This document shows, in pieces, positions 38,331 through 51,977 of a stretch of 64,000 nucleotides of DNA (position 1 is the first letter of the stretch; every line of letters starts with the position of its first letter). The stretch is from Antedon mediterranea (Eukaryota; Animalia; Echinodermata): assembly GCF_964355755.1 (NCBI RefSeq), contig NC_092677.1:1138101-1202100 (forward strand). The letters run 5' to 3'. A program made the translations under genes and the position numbers. The notes below the pieces were generated by a model. That model was not told where the DNA came from, did not search any database, and worked only from the letters and a program-made list of their open reading frames with translations.

Positions 38331-40425
38331 CATTACGTACATTCATTGATACTAAAATTATCAAAAATCTATCTATAGTAAATCATGAGTTGATTCCAAA
38401 TTATCAAGACTCATTAATTAATCAACAATAGTACATACCGCTAATGAATTTCAATTGTCTTCTAGCTAGCATAATTTTTCCTATTTCATGACGATACAAT
38501 AGGTACAGGAAAAACATTATTTGCACCAAATACTTCCAAAATATAAATATAATATATATAAACATAATTTAGTTTTACGCTATTTTAAGAAAATTTGAGT
38601 TTTTGTAGAAGGTCAATGACCTTTTGACCTCTAGTTACGTATAACTGTTGTATTAATTGTTTTTTTAATGTATATTATTAGTAGAATATATATACTCTAC
38701 ACATTGGTACTAAAGCTATTTAGATATGATTATAAAACAATGGATTATAGGCATAAACGCGACCCCCTACCCCAAAATTGTTTACATTACATTTGATCAA
38801 GAATCAATTTCAATAAGAATAGTACATCATTACTTTTAAAATTCTTCTAGTTAACATCATGTTTCCTATTTTATATATCGATAGGTACAGATAAAACACA
38901 ATTTTGATTAAATGCATATACAATTATGGCACAATATTACAGTTAATCATTTTTTAAAGGAAAAAATGAGTTTTTGTAAAAGGTCAATAACCTTTTGACC
39001 TCTAGTTATATAAATAAATGTTGTATTTTGTTTTTTTAAATTGCATATTAGAAAGAAATATATATTCTACACATTGATATCAAGATTATTGAGATTGGAT
39101 TATAAAACCACAAGTTATGGGCATAAATGTTACCCCCTACCCCAAAATATTTATGGAATAAAATCACTATATAGTTGTTGAGATTACGTAAAATATAATG
39201 TGTTCCAATGCTTCAATTTTCGGTGACTTTTAATATGTCATTATAAATTACATTTGGAATGAAAAAATTAATGTTTCGTTACTATTGCAATTTGTGGTGG
39301 GTTTACCTCTAAATATCACTAGATTGACTGGACTAATAAGTACAGTATACAATACGTTAGAGTGTGGTAGAGTGCGAGACAATAATAGCCAATCAGTTAT
39401 CTGCACCTTATGAAGCGAAATTAAAAGATTTCCTTTTCATACAAATTCGCACCCATACATGTTTTGGCCGTAAGAAACAATCGCAGGTCTCTGTAAATTC
39501 ACGGGCAAAAAGTAAGTTTTAAATGTTTTTAGATGCAAAATTTTGTATCAAATTATTTTTAATTATTTAACTAAAAATTTGGATAGTTTAGATAAATCGA
39601 GATAAAAGAACAATAAGCCTAGTACGTTACAGCATAATCTAGAGGAAGTAAAAATTGTTATATCAAAATGTACATGGCTTGACAATTCACATTCCTAACA
39701 CTGCATAGGGAAAATGAATATTTTACGTGAGGTAATTTTCCGACTGTAAAATCAACGATGGGTATTATCAACTTTCCTCATTCACATCCTTTTAGAAAGA
39801 AATAACTGGTAAAGAAAGCCTGTCTAGTGTGGTAATTATTGTAGTATTGAAGTATAACTTCGGCTTTAGAAGTCACGATGCTTAACTTTGTATAACCAAA
39901 TTATGATGGGTTGAATAGTTGTACAGTATTCATAGTGAAATTCATCAATACGTTATTAAACGTATAATCATACATACATAAACATTTAATTACTTTATGA
40001 ATTTCAATATAACAAATAATTTTACAAAGAGATGGAACGGCTAGCCCTGAATCACAATGCAAAGTATTGTACAATTTTAAAAACATGAAAACACAATACA
40101 AATAAAGATAACAAAACCCATGACGGTAACAGGATAAGACATAAGAAAAGCTATCTCTAAACATAAGAATGAATGAACTGCGGAGAGCAGAAACATGAAC
40201 ACTAGTTGATCATACCCAGTATCAGTTTTGATTTTACCTTCATTCGGGAAAACACCTCACGTATCATGTGATGTTGTATTACCAAATATTCCTATGGTAC
40301 TTCGAAAATAGATACAGTACCGAGAATCGCCTGACGTATCTAAAGTGTAGGCGTATAGTCATGGTTTGTAATTTACAAGTCTGTAATCCTGCTGGCTGAC
40401 GCAATTAATTTTCTTTACAGATTTA

Positions 40426-42959
40426 ATGGAGGAAATATATTGTGCAATAATAATTCTCCTAATGTTTCAACTATCTTGTAAGTAAGAAAATAGACAACTT
40501 TCTTTTAAAAAAAATCGTATTCATAAACAAATAAATACGTAATTAAACAAATTAATTTAAGTGCGATGTAGCATGTTATGTTGAGTTACAATGCTCAGTA
40601 GATGTTTCTGTGATGTGATTGAATAGAAATGTTTTTCTTGAAATCGATTGTTGTTGACATTTTTTGTTTAAAAATGTAGCCATTGATTTTCTTCTAAGCC
40701 AAAATATATAAACTCATACCATGTATTCTATTCAGTTGTAAATTGTCAAACTAGACCTGTAGTCAGTGTACACGATGCTACTGGTAAATTAGGTGAGAGT
40801 GTTGTTATCAACTGTGATTACACACTAAGTGGTACAAGAACACTTCAGGCTGCTCAGTGGTTCAATAGCACATCAACAGGAGACCAGTTAAACCTTCTTG
40901 TTAATAGTGCTCTAACAAATCCAAATGATGGATATGCAGTTGATACCTCACAAACTGGTGTAGCTACTCTCACCATTGTAAACACAGTGTTGTCTGATGA
41001 TGGATACTATCTATGTAGAATTGTTGATTCACCTGCTGCTGAAACTGGTGACAATGTTGGAAAGCTTACTGTTTACTGTAAGTATGAATAATTACATCAT
41101 TTAACAATGAATAAATATTTTATATTAAAAATAATTTATCTTTTAATGTTTACCAGTGGCTTATCAATAATCAATAAACATTTTATTTCTCAGAATAAAT
41201 TGCATATCAACAAAAAATATCTAAATATCTACCAAGAAAAAAAAAAGGAAGAGTAAGATTATCAAACAATATCGTTGGTCAAAGAGCGAAGCTATCTCTA
41301 TTGAGAGTACATTATATTATTATATTATTATCAATATACTAATTAAACTAGAGTAGTGAAGAAATATACTTTGAGAAAGTATTCATAAAAAGAGAAAAAT
41401 AGGGAACGCCATTTTATCCTGCCGGTACTACACTCATTGAGATACAAAAATAATCTGATGCGTTTTGATAGTTGATTTCTGGAATACAGTATTCAATGCA
41501 TCTGGTTCTTTAGTTCAAACAGTCCCACATGGTGAATGTAAGACTGTTTATTTTGCATTTACAGATCTTGAAGAACCAGTTCTGAATCCAACAAAGTTGT
41601 CTGTCAACGAAACTGAAGCTGTGACATTTACATGTTCTAACTTTATTGGTGTACCAACACCAATTACCGTCACATGGATCAAAGATGACGTCACACTTGG
41701 TGTTTCTGATACAGACAAGTATCCGTCTTCTGATGCAACATTAACGATTAATGACGTTGATGAAGATGATGAAGGAATGTATCATTGTAGAGCAGAGAAT
41801 GCTGCTTACAGTGGAAATGAGGGAAAACTTAGTAATACTGCTACACTGTCAATAGGTTGGTTGAAATAAATATTTTATAACATGTTGATATAAATAAAAT
41901 GTTATTTTATTGGGATCATAGTATTTTCTGTAGAACCAAAGAGCATGTCACAATTATAAGTGAAATATTCATATTATTTTATGCGGTAATGAAAATCACA
42001 GCGACAACTGAAATATTAGTTAATTTTAGTTATAAAAGGCCTTTTGTAATATGAACGCATGACGTGTTTTATTAATATTGCAATTGTTTTTATTTTCTAT
42101 TTCTTTAGCATTAACGACGACTTCTTTTATATCCAGTAAGTCAACTACACGTAGATTTTGCTTGCATGCTTTGTATTGTAAATTTCCGGGTTTTTGCTTT
42201 TGCGAAAAGAAAAAAAGGGATAGAAATGGAAAGGGATATCCCCGCCCCATCCCATGATCTGTATCACGCTTAAAAAGGAAAATAATGATGACCTTTGTTT
42301 GTTAACACTACATTATTGTAAACATGTTTAAAACACATGGAAACACTAATCCTTCTGTAGTATTCGTTCAGTTTTAAGTACAGAAGTTCCAAAGAGAGAG
42401 AATGATTGTAATTCAACTGGTCTTGTTGTTGGAATGACGTTTGTTGGTGTGCTCATTGGATTCATTATCTGTTTGATTGTGGGTGTTTTCCTCAGCAAAA
42501 TAAGGAAGTCAAATTCACAGGTAAAAATTCTGAAAGTAGAACCAAAAGCAAAAGTGCATACTTAAAATGGCCAAAGGTTTAATGAAATACCGCACACTCA
42601 AGTAATGGAAACTATTTTAACATTAAATATGATGTTTTATTTTGAAGGTACCTACATCGAAAAACACCAACCAATCAGGGGTAAGGATGCCATACTTCAA
42701 CTTTAAGTATTCACTTTACTCATCATCATTATCATCATCATCAATTATTATTGTCACCAATATATCAATAAAGGTTTACACGATTTTCATTCTTCTTTTT
42801 CCATGCACTAACTTCTTAAATTTTTTTTAGCAGCAGGCGTATATGACTTATACTGGAGAGATAGATAAAGAAACAAACCACACATACCAAGATTTACAGA
42901 AGAAAGACGATAATCAAGCTGTATATGTAAATGTTAAAGCAAAAAAGGACAAAAAATAA
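40426..42959 (+). CDS. Ig receptor copy E, apparently intact (signal-V-C2-stalk-TM-Tyr tail)
   Basis: Exons 40426-40477 (MEEIYCAIIILLMFQLS), 40736-41077 (IgV, absent from the ORF track: VINCDYTLSGTRTLQAAQW..DDGYYLCRIVD..GKLTVY), 41565-41855 (C2), 42109-42135, 42372-42520 (TM), 42648-42680 and 42831-42959 (QQAYMTYTGEIDKETNHTYQDLQKKDDNQAVYVNVKAKKDKK*). Confidence 0.88.
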
Positions 42960-44068
42960 TATACATGTTTAATATATAAAAATAAAAGAAATACATTATT
43001 ATTATTAATTTTCTTATTATTAATGGAATATCATTGGTTTGAAACTACAATCACATAACCTCTTGTTGATTTTGTTATAGAATATAGAATAAAGAGAAAT
43101 CATAACATTGAGAAAGTGTTTTCTTTCTCTAGATTTAACTCTTTAACGCGACAAATTTAATAACAAGGAAATGTGAATACTGCAATTTGTATTATCATTA
43201 ACTAAAAAAAATATACACAAGTACTTATAGTGACATAATATATACCAATGTTATATAGCAACATGTGATATAAAGATGAAAACCACAGACATACTTGAAA
43301 AATGTAAAAAAAATATATGTAACTAACAACGATACATTTATTAAAATGTTATTTTCTATTTTTGATTGTTTTAAATTAAAACTTGCTTGTATTAGACCAA
43401 CTTTGATTCGTTACTTTGAAATGTTTGAATGCATTAGTAAATTTACATATAATGACTATACCAGCATAAGAAGGGAAATAAACTAGACTATCAATGATTT
43501 TAACACCAACACACGTGTAATTGTAGTATTGTTATATAGCGTTCTTTAATTTAATTTGCCTTCAAGATGTGTTTTGGTTGCTTGCTGCCATGGTTTTTCA
43601 AAGAGTTGTATAATGTTCAAATTGATCTTTAAACGGAAAAATTTAATTCTAGGGACAAATTGGACCGGGTTTAGGTGCAATTGAGGTTCATTTCTGTTTT
43701 TTAAGGAAGACATTTAAGAAATACCACAGCTTGAGTTTGCACTGTCTGAACGCACTGTATAAACATGGAGGTATAAATACATCCATGGTATAAATAAGGC
43801 CTAAAACCATGTCATTAAATAATGGTTACTAATTAAAAAGATTAATTTGACCATCTTGATTTGGACGGAAGTACATTACACTATAATTATGAGGGAAGTA
43901 AACACAATATATCACAAGCCTAACAAATGCAGTATACACTAAAAAAGATAACAATCAATATTTAAAAGTATACAATACAGTAGAGTGTGGTAGAGTGCGA
44001 GACAATTATATTATTATTTATAATATCGAAGCGGGGTTTAAATATTTCAATCATTTTACAGATTTGTA

Positions 44069-47000
44069 ATGGAGGAGAAATGTAAAGGTGCGATAGTTCT
44101 TCTGATTGTTCAACTTTGTGGTTGTAAGTATGAATATTGAAAATACCTGCAATGATGAATGATGTAACCAATCCTAGATAAAACTGTATATTTTTGTAAT
44201 CATGTTTGAATCGAAGTTGTTGCATTTAAAATGCAGCCTGACAATTTCGGTGGTTTATTTGTTTTATAAATGCTTTAAGTTTGCAATCTTTTTCGTTCAT
44301 AATTATATTTTAATAATCAACGTGAACAAATACTAGTTTGGATACAACTAGATTATTTAAACACATTTGTTTTTATTTTCTTATTTGTTAAAGTTACAAA
44401 TGGTCAAACTGAACCTGTAGTCAATGTGCAAAATGCTAATGTTAAATTAGGTGAAGATTCTGTTATCACATGTGAATACACACTCAGTGATTCAAGAACA
44501 CTTCAGGCTGCTCAATGGTACAATAGCACATCAATAGGAGATAGGTTAAACCTTCTTGTTAATAGTGCTGAAACGAATCCAAATGGTAGATATGCAGTTG
44601 ATACCACACAAACTGGTGTAGCCACTCTCACCATTGCAAACACAGTGTTGTCTGATGAGGGATACTATCAATGTAAAATTATTGATTCACCTGCTATTGA
44701 AACTGGTGAAGATTATGGAAAACTGACTGTTCAATGTGAGTACAAATTGTTATATCATTTAACAAGACCTATTTTCACATTTAAAATAATCTTAATTATT
44801 ATAATATTTACTTTAAGGTTATAGGTTAGTCCAAAAAGCATTGCAATATACCTTATCGTTTATTTATTTATAGAACTTTTTTAACATCTCCATTGAGATC
44901 CAGCTAGTGATACCCATTTATCAGTAGTTTGCCTTTTGATTTATGTTTACATTTAATATTTTCACGTACCTGTTAATGTTCGCCATTGGCTAACGAATAA
45001 TAAATAATCAATCAATTTAAATAGTATGCATAAGTAAGAAAATAAATAGATTTGTAAAAAGCTAACCAGGAAGAGAGATATTACTATTCTTTTCTGGGCT
45101 TCAAACAAAAGCATTAATCAAAGAGAAGCTATCCCTATTGATACATTGTATTCAATTAATATACTGATTGTTGATCAGGTTTCATAAAACCAAACACTTA
45201 ACATACAAAATGGAAGACCAATGAAAGTACAGTACAGTACAATAAGAAGATAAAACAAGGTCGTCGTGAGGTGGTTTCCCGAATGATCGTAAAATCAAAA
45301 CGGTACTGGTTATGACCAACTAACATTATTATCACCGGCTAGTCATCCATTCATAGAAGTACTAATGTAGTAGCCTACCTGTACGGCGACCATAGAATGT
45401 GACCCGAGGCATGACTAACTACGACTTTTAGATGATAGAAAGTTGAAAAAAAATGTTACGAGTAGTTGTACGACATGAAGATGTTTATGAAATTATGTCA
45501 ATAATGTTTACACACTAGGCATACAAATAGTAAATGTTTGTTAGTAAAAATAATTTTGAGTTAATAAGAATAAGATATAAGGAAGAAAACATTTTTTCTC
45601 AACTTTCTATCATCTAAAAGTCGTAGTTAGTCATGCCTCGGGTCACATTCTATGGTCACCGTACAGGTAGGCTACTACATTAGTACTTCTATGAATGGAT
45701 GACTAGCCGGTGACAATAACGCTAGTTGGTCATAACCAGTACCGTTTTGATTTTACGATCATTCGGGAAACCACCTCACGATGATGATAAAAGTAAAATT
45801 TTTTGTTTTTTGCCTTTACAGATCTTGAAAACCCGGTTCTGATTTCAACAGGATTGTCCGTTAACACAAATGAAACTGTGACATTTACGTGCTCTGATCT
45901 TATTGGTATACTGACACCGATTACCATCACATGGATCAAAGATGACGTCATACTTGATTTGTCTGATACACAAAAGTATCCAACTTCTGATGCAACATTA
46001 ACGATTAATAATGTCAATGTAACAGATAAGGGAGTTTATCGCTGTAGAGCAGAGAATGCTGCTTACAGTGGAACAGATGGGAAACTTAGTAATCCTGTTA
46101 CACTGTCAATAGGTTGGTGGGAATAAATTTGTTACAACTTGTTGATACAAATCAAATCGTATTTTATTGGGATCATTCATAGTACTAGAGGGTGAGCTCG
46201 CTTCACTCGCTCTCCCTCTAGGAAGTGTAGATGATGGTTCTCGGAATGATAATGACTCGGGTAAAAAGGTTTAGAAGGACATTCTGGCCTGGACAATTTC
46301 GGTCGGTTACCATTATTTAAATGCTTTTGATATTCGTAAAACCAAACCTACTCACTAACCTGTTTCACAGTGTCTTACATGATTAATAGCGTTTTACGTA
46401 TATGTTTGAAAAATTTCATCTGGTTGTGGAATAGGTATTAAATAAAATTTCTTTTTGAACAACCAAAAACTAATTTAAGCGAACTTACAGTACGTTTCGA
46501 AACCTATCAGGGTTCATTCTCAACTGGCGTTTCATCGTCTAGCGTTGTTAATTCCATGACGACGATGAGTTGGTATAGCGCCACCAATAGGTCCAAAAGG
46601 ACGTGCCCCCTTCTCTTTCTTCAATAGTTGATCATATATGTGTGATAATTCGTGGGCTCCTTCATCTATGTTCATGATTTTGATATATCCTGTTTTACGT
46701 ATAGTGTTTATTGTAGATTTGAAAAGTGGTAAAAAAAGAATAACAAAAATGATTGGTAAATTGTAGATAACAGTTCGATGAAATCTACTAAAAATAATAT
46801 AATTGTGATATAATACATTGTTGTGTGTATAAATGTGGATGGGCGTTTATTAGATGGTATTTGGATGGGTGGGGGAGGGGCGGATTGGGAGGAGTGGCGA
46901 TAATTATTTTAATTGATGTTTTATTGGGAAGGTGTTCCGGGCATTTATTCAAATAAATACCATCCTAATTGGTATACTTAATATATTATTTCGCGACACA

Positions 47001-49666
47001 GTGAGCCGTTTTGGCCTAAGAAGGAAGACGCTTTAGACGGCTTGCAACATGGGCAGAAGTATCCCAGTGTCCTGTATGTACTATACTATACCTTCACACG
47101 CCCGGGTCAAAAAAACAAAATTGCTATCACCACCAAGCACCAACGGCCAACATAGTTGAAACAGGGAGTTGTTTTACAACTCCTTGGTGGAAACCAACGA
47201 TGCAGGGAACTTGCAAGGTGATTGACACACCTTACCGTGAACCCGGAAATTACTTCTACCGCGCGTAGAGTTAAAATTTACCGATTGAAATCAGAAAATG
47301 TCTTATAAAACCCTTTATAATATCTTCCTAAGAAAAAAATATGGAACAATAGCGTAGTACTGAAAACTAATGTTATCAAATATACGTTTCGCGGTACATC
47401 TGAGATAGATAAGGTAGGTATCCAAGGCGGAGATTAGTAGCGAAGTTTTTTCATTGTGCTTGCCTATGTTAACCATAATTTATATATAGATACAGTAGGT
47501 ATTTTTTGTAGGACCAAAGAGCAGGTCATAATTATGAATGGAATATTCAAGTTTAATGTTATTTGGTAATGACAATACACAGCGAAAACTGAACGTTTTA
47601 GTTAATTTTAGTTACTAGATGGTAGTGCCCACAGCCAGATGGTTCTCGAATACACAGTAATTCCAGCGAGAAAAAACTTTAGATTTCAAATGTACATACC
47701 GCAGGACTATAATACATTGTCGTTTACAGAAACAAATAAATAGAAACAATGATTTATGTAGTCAACCAAAAAATGAAAAATGAATTACTTCCTAAAGAGA
47801 AACTTGTCACACAATTTTTATTTGGACTCATTTAAACAAACCCAATTTGTGTTTTGTATGTAACATTAGGGATGGGGATAGGAACAAAGAGGAACATTTT
47901 TTTTAATATATTCGTATCCACTGAGTAACGAAATATTTTGTTCACGCTGCTGCTTTAGCCAGGTACGTTCCAAGAGGACTACTCATTCAGAAGCTAAAGC
48001 AAGCAGCATTTATAGTTCAAGAGGCCGACGTTTTTGGTACTTTCTAAACTTGGACGGGTCATACTAAAATTACAAGCCCCAAAGCACATATCTGGTAGAA
48101 TAGAGTCTGTCAACATAGGCCAGTATTATAATAATTCACTGTCAAATAATCAAAACATTATTTCTGGTATTTACAATGAGTACCATTTGACTGTCAATCT
48201 AGACAGATATGTATATAATACTGTAATTTGCTGTCAGATAATCATTGGATTATTATCAAAACAGTCCATATACAATTTGTTGACACTTGAAACATCTAGG
48301 CTTGATGAAGTGACCCAGACTTGACCTTAGCAATAAAATAAACTAAAGTGACAGAAATTGAGTCTGTTTAGTATAATAAAGTAATATTATTTATACATCA
48401 TTTTTATTAATATAAATTATTTAATAAGCACATCATCTTTTACAGATTCAGTATTTTTTATTTTTCAATTTCAATTGCACAATTGACATATCAAAGTATG
48501 AATTCTTGTTGTATTTTACTTCAAATACAAACGTTATTCACTTCTGTAATAAAACAATAATATTTATTCATGTATAAAAACAGAAAAGAAACATTTAATT
48601 ATAACCCCAAAACCATTGACTGACAGATAATTTAAGTATTTTTTGCTTTAAATTACATTTTTTCAGGTAAATAATTGTTTGGTTAACGTGAATAACTATT
48701 ATGTGACAATAAAATGACACATTCAATCAATCAATCAATCAATCAATTTATTTCTCAAATAAAAACAAAATACAGTTACATTTTTCTAGAAATAATAGAT
48801 AATAAATGAGAAAAAGGGTACCCCAAAAACAAATTTGAAATAAAAATTACTTTTCAGGGGACAATATATCTTTAAAACTGTTACGTCAACAAGCGAGCGG
48901 CGTTTGTTTGTTAGAAATAGTTCTTATTTATGTTTTATAGGCCAATAAATAATATACCACTAAATACAGTAAAACATTTGCGAATTAATACTTTGTTAAA
49001 ACTGTCACTGTCATAGTCGATTAAAATAGTAAAGTACATGTAACGATACACCACTGTATTTTTTTAAAAGAAAATCGGCCTTTCTTCAAAATTATGATGC
49101 TGTACTCGAGCTGTTTAACCGGTTTTCAGATATTAAAAACAATTATCGTAGGAGGAGATAGGAAAATGCGAAGCATCCTCGTATTGTTATATGCGGGTAT
49201 TTTTCAAGATGGACATCCATTAGACAGTGTATACCACGATCGGAAAACCCCTATTTGGTGCAAATCGTTGAACCTAAATTTGTTTTAATTGTCAATAAAT
49301 TATCTAACTCAATTTAATTAGTAAACAGGGTTACATCAGGTGATTAAAATCAGTTCCGAAAGTATGAACCAACTTTAAATACCATCGAGTAAAAAGTCTA
49401 GAAGTAAGGCGCGATTTACCGATTTTTTCCCTAAATTTCCGTAAATTTATATATAGATAACAAGGCCATAAATACATGGCTGCAGTCGCGTGCGCAAATT
49501 TGAGTTAGTGTTTACCGACATTTAGTGTTTACCGACCAACCGACCGACATAGTTTTAGTTGCACGCGACTAAAAAGCGGTTTTGTAATATGAATGCTTGA
49601 CGTGTTTTACTAATATTGCTTGTTTCTCTATTTCTTTAGCATCGACGACAACACCTTTTATATCCA
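44069..49666 (+). CDS. Ig receptor copy F: intact leader-V-C2-stalk, own TM and tail exons missing
   Basis: Exons 44069-44123 (MEEKCKGAIVLLIVQLCG), 44394-44735 (V), 45822-46112 (C2) and 49640-49666 (stalk). Similarity to paralogs breaks off near 49900, just before the expected TM acceptor. Confidence 0.7.
45261..45784. mobile_element. MITE-like element with ~185-bp near-perfect inverted repeats
   Basis: TCGTGAGGTGGTTTCCCGAATGATCG...GATAGAAAGTTGA is mirrored at ~45599-45781. A related single-arm remnant lies at ~40200-40262. Confidence 0.75.
46185..47490 (-). mobile_element. Non-autonomous Helitron of a second subfamily
   Basis: The + strand starts A|CTAGAGGGTGAGCTCGCTTCACTCGCTCTCCCTCTAG (hairpin) and ends AATTTATATATAGA|T. 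The internal sequence is unrelated to the other units. Confidence 0.75.
47615..49457 (-). mobile_element. Non-autonomous Helitron, same family as 8851-20646, with the hairpin deleted
   Basis: A|CTAGATGGTAGTGCCCACAG ... CGTAAATTTATATATAGA|T. Empty site in paralog E (ttttagtta|taaaaggcc, ~42032). Confidence 0.8.
49459..49575. mobile_element. Small DINE/HINE-like (Helentron-derived) insertion
   Basis: Starts AACAAGG, has a short inverted pair AGTCGCGTGC / GCACGCGACT flanking a (CCGA)n tract, and ends AAAAA. Absent from paralogous introns. Confidence 0.45.
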
Positions 49667-50162
49667 GTAAATCAACAACATGTAGGTTTTGTTTGCTTTT
49701 TGCATTTTTATTTCCGTAAACTTCCGGGTTTTTGCATTTGCGTTAAGCAAATAAAGGATTTAAATGGGAAGGGATATCCCCCTCCATCCTCATGATCTGC
49801 ATGAGTGCTTAAAAGAGACAATAATGATGATTTGTATATTTGTCAACACTACATTATTGTAAATATGTTTAAGACACATGGAAACACTAATCCTTCTGTA
49901 TTTATTGTTTTGTTTATTGTTATATATATTATACTGTATATATATAAGGTTCCAACTGTGTAATTACAATTACATTAAAATGTATATGTAATACATATCA
50001 TATTAATGATGTTAGAATTGAAGTTTAACGTAAATTTTTCCATGCAAAAAACATATTGTGAGTGCAATTTCGGTGGTTTAGTTGTAAATGCTTTTATTAT
50101 TATTGCCTACTTATTTTTATAATCTAAATAAACGTGAACAAATGTCATTTTAATGATAAAAC

Positions 50163-50300
50163 ATGACTAGCTGCATGGAGAGGGAATGAGCTCGTCAGAC
50201 AGACCAGGACCACAGCATAGCCAAGAAAGAAAGGAATAACTGGCACCAGTTGGGAGAGGACTTTTCCCAGAAGTGGGGCGATATGAGGAAAGAAAGAAAT
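50163..50300 (+). mobile_element. Short RTE-like LINE 3' fragment
   Basis: GC-richer patch reading AKKERNNWHQLGEDFSQKWG followed by a (GAAA)n tail. Confidence 0.4.
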
Positions 50301-50372
50301 ATTAGCTTGACCATTCAGTTGGAATGGGGTTTTGCTTAATATTGTTAGTTTATTTGTTTTATTTTCTTTTAG

Positions 50373-51977
50373 TTACAAACGGTCAAACTGAACCTGTAGT
50401 CAATGTACAAGATGCTGTTGTCAAATTAGGTGACGATACTGTTATCAGCTGTTATTACACACTTAGTGGTACAAGAACACTTCAGGCTGTTCAGTGGTTC
50501 AGTAGCACATCAACAGGAGTTAGGTTAAACCAACTTGTTAATAGTGCAGATACAAATTCAAATGGTAGATACGCAGTTGATACCACACAAACTGGTGTAG
50601 CTACTCTCACGATTGCAGACACAGTGTTGTCTGATGATGGATACTATCTATGTAGGATTATTGATTCACCTGCTATTGAAACTGGTGAAGATTATGGAAA
50701 ACTTACTGTTCAACGTAAGTATCGGAAATTGATAAGAAATATGAGAAAAACTAAATCCCATGCAAGATCATTAATTTATTTTGCCTTTACAAACTAGTTT
50801 TGAATTAAATAGAATTCTCTGTTAGAACAACAACAACAAAAACGGAAACTTAGTAATACATCCACACTGTCGGTAGGTTGGTTGGAATAAACTGTTTATG
50901 CAATAATATCATTGTTTATAGTTTATCTTGTAATGGAAATAAAGCATAGGTACACAGTGAAAACTGGAAGTTTCAGTTTCAGTAATACTTATAATAATGA
51001 ATGTTTTATTATCATTGCAATTGTTTATTTTCTATTTCTGTAGCATTAACGACAACTTCTTCTATATCCAGTAAGTCAACAACATGTAGGTTTTTTGCTA
51101 TTTGCATTTTTATTTACGGGTTTATGTTTTTTATGTCCAGGTTTTGCATTTGTGTTAAGCATATAAAGGATAGAAATGGGAAGGGATATCCCCCTCCATC
51201 CCCATGATCTGCATGAGTGCTTAAAAGGGCAAATAATGATGACCTTTGTATATATTTGTCAACACTACATTATTGTAAATATGTTTAAAATCGCATGGTA
51301 ACACTGTACTAATAATTAGTACAGTGTTACCATGCGATTTTAAACATATTTACAATAATGTAGTGTTGACAAATATATACAAAGGTCATCATTATTTGCC
51401 CTTTTAAGCACTTAAACTAAACAATTATTGTTTAGTTTTAAGTACAGAATTTCCAAAGAGTGAGGGCGTATGTAATTCAACTGGTCTTGTTGTTGGAATG
51501 ACGTTTGTTGGTGTGCTCATTGGATTCATTCTCAGTTTGATTGTGGGTTTTATTATCATCAGCAAAATAAGGAAGACAAAGTCACAGGTGAAGTATGATT
51601 TAGAAAGTTGACCCAACAGCAAGAATATAGGAATAAAATAACTAAATGAAATAACGCATACTTTTGGTAATGGAAAAGTATTTTAACATTTAATATGATG
51701 TCTTATTTTAAAGGCACCGACATCGAAAAACGCCAGCCAATCAGGGGTAAGGATGCTATACTTTAATTATTCACTTTACTCATCATCATCATCATTATTA
51801 TTTTTACTATTGTCACCAATACAGCCAATAAACGTTTACACTATTTTCATTCTTCATTATTCATGCAATAAACTTCTGTATTATTTTTAGCTGCAAGAGT
51901 ATATGACTTATACTGGAGAGACAGATAAAGAAACAAACCACACATACCAAGATTTACAGAAGAAAGACGATAATTAA
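50373..51977 (+). pseudogene. Ig receptor copy G: V-(C2 deleted)-stalk-TM-truncated tail, no leader found
   Basis: V 50373-50714 is open. C2 is reduced to a remnant (~50790-50876). Stalk 51044-51070, TM 51436-51587, micro-exon 51714-51746. The tail 51891-51977 ends at CAA->TAA just before YVNV. It may function as the 3' half of F. Confidence 0.65.
51216..51412. repeat. Perfect palindrome (two ~98-bp arms, ~1-nt spacer) made of host intron sequence
   Basis: AGTGCTTAAAAGGGCAAATAATG...CACTGTACTAAT-A-ATTAGTACAGTG...CATTATTTGCCCTTTTAAGCACT. Paralogous introns have only the left arm. Confidence 0.92.

Larger units (their letters stand above)
29638..39335 (+). mobile_element. Decayed Academ-like DNA transposon hosting the LTR element and a LINE fragment
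   Basis: TIRs TAGTCCAGTCAATCTA...TAGATTGACTGGACTA with imperfect extension of about 120 bp, and 4-bp TSD ATAA (29634-29637, 39336-39339). Frameshifted transposase motifs WAGLSTDL..MRSLK (~30250), FEHELCYPPALFET (~36380), DGSALLHSIPW (~36530), DDTDLLVLL (~36880) and LLFAHAIL..FGIGK (~37015-37070). Confidence 0.75.

Noticed and set aside
40983-40989. CACAGTG heptamers near V exons as possible RAG recombination signals (also ~44641, ~50619, ~50953)
   Set aside because: They lie inside coding sequence or lack an ACAAAAACC-like nonamer at 12/23 spacing. The V exons are complete, including their G strand and splice donor, so there is no evidence of V(D)J-type rearrangement.
5089-42959. Assigning a known gene symbol (nectin, CD33, JAM/CTX, Alr, VCBP, fibropellin)
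   Set aside because: Only the domain architecture is similar. I cannot recognise orthology from the sequence, so symbols are left blank.
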